Shown here in pieces: positions 51,521 through 64,000 of a stretch of DNA of 64,000 bases (position 1 is the stretch's first letter; every line of letters begins with the position of its first letter). The position numbers and the translations under genes were made by a program. The DNA is from Bispira polyomma. Lineage: Eukaryota. The notes beneath the pieces were generated by a model. It was not told the origin of the DNA. It saw only the letters and a program-made list of their open reading frames with translations, and made no database searches. The stretch spans positions 69,812,001-69,876,000 of the forward strand of contig OZ287753.1 of assembly GCA_965649765.1 (NCBI GenBank), written 5' to 3'.

Positions 51521-51860
51521 GTGGCAAATATACCTGTCCCATTTTGCTTCCGAATCCATCATCCAACGACCGTTTCCGTTATCCGAATTTGCAGATACAC
51601 AACATCCGAAAAACTGGCCGATTTTTGTAGTATTCTAGTTTTGAAAAGATTTTTTTAAAAATCAATAAAATTACTTTACCCTTCCGCCCGTCATCTAAAA
51701 AAATTCTTGGACCGATTTTAAACATTCGGCTGCCGATTCGAAGGTGATGTGGGCTAGGTGTGTCACACTTCTGTTTCCTTTGATTTTAATTTTTTCGGAT
51801 GGTGGAAACGCGCGTCATATGGCGGATTCAGAAGCAAAATTGGACAGGTATATTCGTCCC
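51521..51860. mobile_element. MITE with ~40-bp TIRs and a TTAA-like target (Kolobok-like)
   Basis: AATATACCTGTCCCATTTTGCTTCCGAATCC / GGATTCAGAAGCAAAATTGGACAGGTATATT, followed by CCCTTAA. Confidence 0.7.
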
Positions 51861-52026
51861 TTAAGATCACCATTTACACATTCCTTCAATAGTGTTGTAA
51901 TCAATCTTTACTCTTGAAATTACACACAAGGTTACCTTAAATAAATATGTGTAGTTTGCACACGCAATTCATCACAACCTGTTTATTTTTTTTTTTACTG
52001 AATATTTCTTGTTACTGGTAAATAAG

Positions 52027-52231
52027 TAAGGAATCTAAAATTTTTCACTTTATCAGAAATTCACCACCCCTGAAATTTAAGCCAAAAAACAAAAACTGGC
52101 CAAAAATAACTGGTAAGAAAGGCAAACTAGTCATACGAATCTGAATTTAAACAAATATTAACCACAACACAAAACACAACATTTTCCAGGTGGCGAAATT
52201 TTTAAGACAGTGGCAAATTTTAGATTCCTTA
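52027..52231. mobile_element. Small MITE with TAAGGAATCTAAAATTT TIRs
   Basis: Perfect 17-bp inverted termini. Confidence 0.65.
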
Positions 52232-52257
52232 CAAAAAAAAGTAAAAAGGGTATATAT

Positions 52258-52632
52258 TAGTGGGTAAATTGTTTACCGATATCGACAATATTTATTGTTT
52301 AGGCTTTTGCGTGCCGATATCGATGTATAATAACAATACATCGATATCATAAATTACGCTTACTACACCTTGGGACAATGTTTATTCAACCATTTTAATA
52401 ATATTTTATGGTTATTACCGTTTAAACAATGAATTATAAGCATTTTATATAAATTTTTACTTGTAAACTTATTTAGCGGTTCTCACTTCCGGTTTTATTC
52501 AGGCAGGTTTTTATTTTTTCGAGATACGTTCCAGTTGGTTCTCATACTTTTTGCTACCTCCCGATATCGGCCGATATTGAAGCTATTTTACGTTTGATAT
52601 CATCTCCACCAACCCAAACGATTTACCCACTA
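52258..52632. mobile_element. hAT-like MITE
   Basis: TIRs TAGTGGGTAAAT / ATTTACCCACTA; 8-bp flanks GTATATAT / GTATATTT; repeated CGATATC subterminal motifs. Confidence 0.65.
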
Positions 52633-55600
52633 GTATATTTATATGTTAAAAAAATCCACAAACCTAGTGTTTGTCATATATATAAATTGATTTATAACCA
52701 GGCCTTCTATATAAGGAAACCATCACTAGTTTGAGTACTACATCATGTTTTAATTATAAACAAAATAAGATAATAATTAGAAATATAAGACTGGCTGCCT
52801 CGTGCTCAACAGCAGACAATCCTAACTCCTGGATTGAATAATCCGTCTCTATTTAGCGAGATTCCTTGCTGTTATTTTGACGACGGACTTATGAAAAGGG
52901 ACAGAACGGCTACCATATGCAAAACATTGCATATTTAGCCTGACGTAACATGGCCGACAGAGGTATGGCAATGATTGTAGTTTAGTTTTTATTTTATATG
53001 AATTGATATGTATCACGTTGGCATGAAATAACAGAAAATCGGCTACTTTATCATAAATGAGAAAAGAGGGGATGTACTTATTTTTATAAGATTCTATAAG
53101 CCAGTTCGTAGATCTGATTGCGCAGCCGTAGTTACAATCTTCTGGTTTTATACCCGGCACATAAACAAGAAGCACCTGCATACGGTAAATGTGCATCCAA
53201 CAGCCAATTTAACATGGGTACCTGTATTTAAAATTTAATGTCTAAATCATTTCGCAAGGGATTTTGATGCAAAAAATGGCATAGTAATCGTAATATAATA
53301 AACTTTCTTATAATATTTTTGTGAAATTTTTACCTACTACATTTTTGAGTAATTAATTATTAATCGGCATTTTTATTTTGAAAAATATCGTGCTTGTATA
53401 AAAGTTCAATAGGAATGTTTTCCTTTAATGATAAAGTAAATATATTTACAAAGAACCAAGACTTATGCATCATATATCAAATTTCTGAGGCTATTATTTG
53501 GAATAATAACTGAGAATTAACATTTTAATGAATTTTGCAAAGTCATGTAAGTTCATTTGTTTATGTGCAGATTTATCGTTGAACTACACATGCGCACTCG
53601 GAACTACGAATTGGCTTATTTATATATATGCTAGTTTTGATTTACAACGTTGTGCATATGAAGGCCACTCTGTCCCTCAACATGACACCTTCAGTAAATC
53701 AAATCATCAACGAGGACAGAATACTCAGTCTACTAAGTCCCTAAAAATAAGTTTGAATTTGAGAACGAAAATGATAAAAAGTGATGTATACAAAAATGGC
53801 CCCGGGTGTTTTAATTTAATAGGAATATCTGTCAAGATCTCATCTGGCCAGATATAAAAATTTCACTTGTTCTTGAATACGGCCACATGTGACACCACTG
53901 TGTGGATGTGGACAAGTGACAAACTGGGCCAAGGAATATTGGAATAACAAATGAGAATTACAATTTTAATATATTTTGAGAATTACAATTTTAATATATT
54001 TTGACAGCTCATATAAGTTCATTTGTTAATGTGCGCTAAAATTTTAACTTCCGCTATCCACATATGGGCAGTCGAAACTATATGATGGTCAACAGAGTTT
54101 CCGTCGTACTTAAAAAAATTACGCTTATCGTAAAATACGTACAAAGTAAATACAGTCTGCGAAAACCCCATTGTGTCGAAAACATCGATTTACGTGTGAC
54201 TCGCGACCACGGTAACTCGCAACTATCATCTCGCACCCAAAACTTGCAACCACTTATCATTTTTAATATATAACTTAATATTTCAATAATTTTCATCACT
54301 TTTGAAGGAAGTTTCATCACATAATTTAACTGTTATATCTGCGGACCTTGTTTTTTATTAACTCCATGGCTGATGTATACCTCGGAAGTGAAGCACATGA
54401 AGTTATTGATCTTTGACCCTTGACACGGCAAGAACCGCCAACATATATTACCTCATATCCAGCCCCCTAATAATATATTCAAACGAGCATTTCACGGAAA
54501 ATGCCGAAGATGTCTTTTTTAATCAATAGCTTTTAGTACTGGCTGTCATATACTACATTTTATTTGCTAGGTTTTATTTTTAATATTTACACAGGTACCC
54601 TATTCAAACTTACATATTTTAGCCATTTCTGAACCGATTTTAATGCAACAAAGAGTACAATAATGGCAATAAAACAGACTTTCTATTTTAATTAGTGTAC
54701 TATAACGTATTTACTTGTATATATTTATGGTAATAATAATAAATCACAATAAATAGGAGATGTTAACAATTTTATTTGGGTGCGAGTTGTTGGTAGCGAG
54801 TTGCTGTGGTCGCGAGTTCTATGTATACCGAAAATATGATGCATGACTACAGTATACATATTGGATTATGTAGTGGGAGTTCAAAAAATTTTGAAATCGG
54901 ACTGGACCCCCAGTTACTTTTGAATTTCAGGGCTAGAAATGGACAGAGAAATGGAACTGCATACTACCACAAAATCAAAACGGGCGTGGGGAGACCGTTC
55001 AGGAGGACAGATTTGGTCGGCTTCAACAGTATTACACAGGCAGCACATAAACATAACTTCTGTGACACTATTTATATTTTAAATCAAAGTATTAATTTTA
55101 ACTTTTTAGGCAATACACCTTACTGTATATGTCGTATCAATAAAATACATTTGGTAGCCTACAACTTTTGTTTGTTTTTCAGCTTGTCAAAAATGTTTGG
55201 AAGGAAGTAAAACACGCGCATGCGTGTTACAATGTTTAGCCTTCCGACAATATGTTCATGAAATAAATTATATCCGTATAAGTTAAAGCGTGGTACATTT
55301 ACAGTTTCAACACCATCGTCGTTGCGAATTGGCTAGGGGCCGTTGTGACACCCTCACATATTCTAATCTAATATAAATTGCGCTTATAGAATTCTGTTAG
55401 TGCCTAGTTAGCGTGGTCATTTTGACGCCAACAAGAATACATGTCTAAAATTTATATCATCTAATAAAATTATTCTTTTTTGCTTCATTTTAACAAATAA
55501 GATATCATTTTAAAGCTTACAACACAGAGATATCAATACTACAGCTGTTTGATTGAATAATTCGCTGCTAAACTTATGTCAATGCCCAGCTAGAACATTA

Positions 55601-57259
55601 AATTTATTTTAATTGCAATTTACTGTGTATTTATCAATAAATCAACTGTAATTATGCAATATTTAAATCTGTGTTTTACACTTTAAAATGGTACCTTATT
55701 GTTTAAAATCAAGCAAGAAATAATAATTTTATCAGGACAAATCTTAACATTTATTTTTGTTGTTGACAAAATGGCTACGCCAAGTGATTACTGGGGTAGT
55801 GTGTCTAATTAACCAGCACCTCATTAGGGGGCGCCGATTGACGATTTGTATTATTGACCTTGTGATAGGTTTCACTAATTGTAATTAAAAAAAAATGCTG
55901 ATACAGACATTGTTAGTTAAATTTGAACTGTATATTTAAAATTGTTCAAAATATCAGTTTTTAGAGTTTATTTTATTGACACATTTTCAGATTACATGTA
56001 CCTTCATCACGCCAGATGAATAGGCTTGCTGGTAATCCGCATAGAAGCCAACCTTTATTACAGCAGGTCAGCCTCCAGTTAATCTTACCGCCCTGTACAA
56101 AAGCATAGCTCTATTCCAGATTCCAGTACCCATTCCAATCTTTGTATGAACCAGATTATTTATATATCAAATATGTATTCTCCCCTAACTGACAATGAAA
56201 TAATAACTTTACAGATTGTATATAGAAAATTTCAATTATGGCTACATTTACAAAACATTTATTTTTGAAGAAGTTTTTTTTTTTTTTTTGCTGGGTTTTG
56301 CACTGAACAAAAAAATGGTGATTATTTATTAATAACTCACAAATTACTGAAAATAAAATTTAACTAAAATAGCGTACGAAAGGCTTATTTTATTACCACG
56401 CCTGTACTTTTTGTGGCATCAAAATCCGTTAAGAAATGGCTGACATATTCAAGCTTAAATACACCTACACTGCTTTCAAAACCAGGGCAGCAGTATGTGG
56501 CGGTAGTATATACGACGGCACACTGGGTCCATTCCGGTTCTTGTTATATTCCGAGATATAGTTATACTTGGGTGAAAAATTTATAGATAAAATTATAGTT
56601 AGAATGTTAATCTTCAAGCCCTTGTGAAGGCAGTCATACAAGAAAAACAATGATTAATTTTGCAGATTTATTAAAATACACTTTCTTTTTCAATATTTGT
56701 TTTAAAAAATACTTTCTTATGTTTTGTGGTTATATATTAAGTCACGTTACAGTGAATTTATGCAATTTGACAAATTTCATGATATCTCTGATTTACTTCG
56801 AAATTACACCAAATCACTACAATTGAAAAGGAATTTAAATACTTATTATTTATAGGCAAGATCAAAGGTTTCTTTTACAGCATTTTATAATATTTTAGGT
56901 ATTATTGTATTATTAAACAAAAGTTGGGGGTGTTATGTGTATGGGTTTAGTGGAATCGTGCCTCTATAGACAGTAATAATGTCCTCTAACTCCAAAGGTA
57001 ATAGATAAAATTGATTGACATTGAAACTTAACTGCAAGATCATGTGATATTCCTAAACAAGACAAAATTCATGATGTTTAAACTTTTTGCAGATAATGAA
57101 CACAGTATATGATCTGCTTGAAATTGTTTACAATGATGGAAATTTAATGTCTGTATTTAATCTTGAGGCTCTTTAAGGTTATATTCGCCCCCACCAATAT
57201 GCCGAATTTTTTATTTTTGACTTATAGTTAAAGCATTGAGAAAGTACCAAATTTATGAG

Positions 57260-58700
57260 AACATCACCTGAGGCTCTGATATCCAAAAAGAGAAGTTCCA
57301 TGGGCAAGCAAAAGGTTGTTACCAAAAATCATCCGCCAGGGAAGAGATAAGTAGGGAGCAGGCCAGTCTAAAAAGATATAGGTTTTGAGATGGCTTCTCA
57401 AACCCATGATTGTATCCTTTGATCTGACAGACTTACAGAGCTTGTTTAATTCAACAGGAACCACGACAACAAAACAACCCCTGCCGATTTTTCTATTTGG
57501 TCAGGTAAAGCTACTAGTCTTGATGAGTGAGAATAAATAAAGAAGTTGATTGAGTTTGATAGCCTTGAACACAAGAGGACATTCTAGGTTTTTCAGTGAT
57601 CATTCTGTGTTTCTTGTGGTCTAGATCTTTCACCTTCTTCGTGTTTTTCAAGAAGTACAATTATCTTTAGGCAGTTATACTCAATTGACATGGATATTTT
57701 AAAAAGTCATCCACAAAATTAATTCTTTATTCTTGCACCTTCCAAAAATATCAATCAACCATACAACCAATATTTTTCAGACCTTAGCCATATTATGGAC
57801 AAGCATGCACCCAAACAAAAACTCCAAAGAAACTTACTCCTGAACGGATTACTAATGAATATTCGACTGCTAAGTGCATGCATACATAAGCAATTTAAGC
57901 ATCAATAGTGCAGAGATAAATCAATGCTTAGCTGATTCCGGTTGAGCAAGCAACTTTCTCTCTCAAGCCTACTTCTATGTTTTCTGCTTTCTGTCCTGAC
58001 AATAGAGATGACATAGTAAAATTTATTAAAGATTCTTTTGATTCTTCATCGCTGACCAACATCATTAGTTAAGAATTGTCTAGACATTCTAGCACCCTCT
58101 ATCACAAACCTAGTTAATATTTCTCTACTTACCTCACCTCTGACCATTAAACGCTGCTACATACTCTCAAAGCTTGCTTAAAAGAGGTGCATGAATGAGT
58201 GCTATCTAATAAGCTCAAGCTAAATCCTGATAAATCAGAATTTATTGTGGGCTCTTTTGTATCTTCTAAAGCGCAACAACAGAATCAGTTAACCAATAGA
58301 GAAGTCCAAAAAAGATAGTTTAGTAAACAACATACTCAATTATCAAGTCTCTTTCTAATAAATATCCTGTTGAATATGATATTACCCTCGGATGTTGTAT
58401 GTAAGCTTTGAGTAATATTTGACAATGATTTTCTTTCAGCAAACATGTCACTTCTATCTTTAAATCCTGTTTTGTCAGTCTAAGAGATCTAAGACAAATG
58501 AGATGCTATTTGTCACAAGATACAGCTGTATTGTCGACAAATGTACTTGACAACTCATTATGTGGTGTATAGTTTGTCTGCCAAGGACATGATTTGCCTT
58601 CTAGCCATGCCAAAAACTCGTATCAAGACTTATACATGTACCTCAAAGTATTACTACATTCCTCCTGTTCTCAAAGATTGACACTGGTTTGCCTAAGGAT
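57260..58700. mobile_element. Highly decayed L2 LINE fragments in both orientations
   Basis: NKLKLNPDKSEFI at about 58208 and SCFVSLRDLRQMR at about 58464 (+); LRSHLKTYIF at about 57370-57400 (-). Confidence 0.6.
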
Positions 58701-61084
58701 GTCATCCTACCAAATGAAACTAGCAGCCAGTATCAGGAACAGAACCGGGGACCTTCTAATCATCAAACCAGCACCTTAACCACTAGACCATGGGGGCCAC
58801 ATTAATATCTTGTTCACTATAACTAATATGCTTGTACAGTTTGTACATTCACACTGATTGGTTGTAAATTTACACTTTTTTGGGTAACTTAGTATGAGAC
58901 AGTAATATATTATTTAACATTTCTGCATGATAATTTTCTTGCCATTCTTTAGCGTTCTGTTTGAAGCCATGGTGAGGACTATGTTTCAGCCTTCCTAGAT
59001 GAAGTTTACCAATAATGTGTGTTTGGTGACATTGGGGAAAACGTTTTAATAGTCACCACAAAACCATGTAGTAGTAGTAGAGTCATAAAAGAGCCTTAAT
59101 TCATTTGTGATAATGGAAAAAAACCCTGTCAACTGGGTAGACTAGCATTGTTCTCTACGGTGTAGTAGAAAGCATTGTTAATAATGGTTATGTGAATAAG
59201 AGTCACAAATTTTTAGGGTACGTTACTTTGGGTTTAACATTACTTTCAACATGTTGGTATCATATCATGGCGAGCAGTTAACTAGGGGATGAAATCAGAA
59301 TAGGATAATTAGTCGAACCCCCACTATTACAGTGTAATAGATCGTAAAAACATCAAATATTTAAAAAAGATTTGATTATATTGGTACATGGTATCAATTT
59401 GTTACACAATGTACTGACCAAATCTATACTAATGTGCAAATTGGACATTTTTATGGTTTAACATGGATTTAAATGCTTTAGATGTTAAAATATTAGAAAT
59501 TATTTGTACACAAAAAAATGGAAGTGGTATTTTAATTAGAAACTTCTCCAAGCCTAGAAGTTTAAATGATCCCCATGTGTTAAGAAGCTACATGTTGTCT
59601 TGGATGCCGTACATCCATGGGATTCTGTTAATTATTTACAGATTTATAACATTAAGACATTATTTTACAGAAACAAACTAGATACTATATACTATATCGA
59701 GAGTAATGCAGGTTATTAAATGACCTATGACACATCCTCGGCTGGCTTTTTTATTTAAATTTTAAGGTACATAAGTTTAGTATATAAACTATTTAATTAT
59801 ATAATATTTGATTCTCTATCAATTGCATAGTTACTGGGAGGTTCGAATAATATCCTCGAATCCACAGTCCAACTTCAATGGACCAAATTTCCATCAATGT
59901 TGAATGTTATTAAAATTGAAATTGATAAAACTATTGTTAGTACATAAGAAGAGCTTTTCAGCGGACAATTTAAGTTTAGTAATCATATAAACATAATATT
60001 TGAGTAATTAAAATAACTGTTTTATGCATTTGTTGAAAGCCTAGTCATGTAATTTCAGAAGCACGACGTTGTACCATTGCATTAGCTATATTTGTTTATT
60101 TCATTTGTATTGACTTTCATTGGTTCAAAGTCATGTTGAAATAAAAAACCACCATCACTGAGCATGTTTTTTTGTCACATCAGTAGTTCACTGGTTTAGA
60201 AAATCAAAGCAGGGTACTTGGTCATGGTTATCTGTTCTGCCAACTTTCCAACATATGTAGACACCAGGGCCGAGATTCAACACCACTGAAACTCAAAAAG
60301 ACAAGATGAACTACATTTTAAACTCAGTTGTTTAGATCTAGTGGTAGATTTTATAAGTTCAGGTTTGTTTTTTGAAAACATATCAACACTTTTTTATGTA
60401 ATGTATTATTTACAGAGTATGTAGCAGTCATTTTGTCTTAAAAATTACTGAAGCAAAATTTCTATTCTCATTTACGTCAATGTATAGTTTACCTAACAAT
60501 TTACAGTTATATGTTACATTGTTGCAAACTGTGGTCAATAAAAATATATATATTTATCACTGTTTAAATGATGGATAATTTTATCTTAAATGAGGTATAT
60601 TTTTGCAACCAACTTACTTTGTATTATTTTGTATTAATTTTAAGCAGCTCTTTCATGAATGGGCATTAATATATTAATTTTCGATCAAGCTAAGTAAATG
60701 TCAAAACTGTGAAATAATAGTGCAACCGTTGAACTTTATGCAAGTTTTCGTAAATTCATCTCACACAAAATTTGAAACACTTCTAATTTGTAATTAACGT
60801 CCATAGCATTTTCTTATATTTGCGGAGATTATACATTACAATAAAACTATACAGCACGAGTTTACTACAACATCCATCCCATAATTTGGCACTATTTTTC
60901 AGTTTACATATTATTCCACTCAATATTGTACACCTTAAAATAATTTATCTGAAATTTTTAAAACCAAAAAAATTTGAGTGTGTGACTTTAAGTAAAGCTT
61001 AGATATCATAAACGTAGCAGTTTAAAAGATATTTCTAAGATATGATTGCTCTATATTTTTAGTCCATTGATTTATTTTAAAACG

Positions 61085-61125
61085 TAATGTGCGGCAAAAC
61101 TGGTAGCCATTTTGTAGTGAACAAA
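61085..61125 (+). promoter_or_regulatory. Candidate CNOT3 promoter/5' UTR region with a YY1-like motif
   Basis: GCCATTTT at 61106-61113, about 130 bp upstream of the ATG; motif evidence only. Confidence 0.3.
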
Positions 61126-61237
61126 GATTGAAAAATTGGGAAAATTTAAAGTGGTGTATTCCACTTTTTGGACATTTTTCGTCAAGTATTATCTTTCGTA
61201 GGATGATCCATACTACTTATGTTCGAAAGAGATAGTT

Positions 61238-63735
<2,498 letters not shown>

Positions 63736-63807
63736 TGACAATTATTTTTAAACTAAAACAACCAAAAAAAATCACATTAATTAATAAATAAAACATGTAT
63801 GTATTAT

Positions 63808-63993
63808 GGGGCCGCGGTGGCCTAGTGGTTAGCAAGCATTGCGCTTCACAATCACTGGTCTCTCACCTCTGGGCGGGGCGAGTTCGAATCCCGTCGATGC
63901 CTATGTGGGAAAGGTGGTAGTTCCTTACTGTGGGCCGCTGGTTTCTCTGCAGAACCTTGATCGACTGTATGCAGTGTTTCCTCCAGCGTTTCA
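63808..63993 (+). mobile_element. Young tRNA-derived SINE in a CNOT3 intron
   Basis: Near-identical to 49561-49745. Confidence 0.9.
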
Positions 63994-64000
63994 TGAGACC

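Overview
AT-rich, repeat-dense animal genomic DNA; the repeat spectrum resembles a marine invertebrate such as a mollusc, but the species cannot be determined from sequence alone. The minus strand carries a complete CEP131/AZI1 centrosomal-satellite gene: 23 coding exons traced by hand at 50400..13573, all GT-AG and phase-consistent, about 1230 aa. The first three coding exons of CNOT3 lie head-to-head with it on the plus strand (61238..63711). Mobile elements include a DIRS/Ngaro tyrosine recombinase remnant, L2 LINE fragments, two tRNA-derived SINE groups, several MITE families and a Helentron-like satellite array. Three observations stand out. (1) A full-length, TSD-flanked L1/Tx1-clade retrotransposon in CEP131 intron 4 has an ORF1 RNA-binding protein fused to a C-terminal NADAR (YbiA-like ADP-ribose/N-glycosidase) domain. 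(2) CEP131 exon 10 has an in-frame tandem duplicate diverged mainly at synonymous sites, a candidate mutually exclusive exon. (3) Tandem repeats recur at CEP131 splice junctions, and most of them amplify the junction itself.
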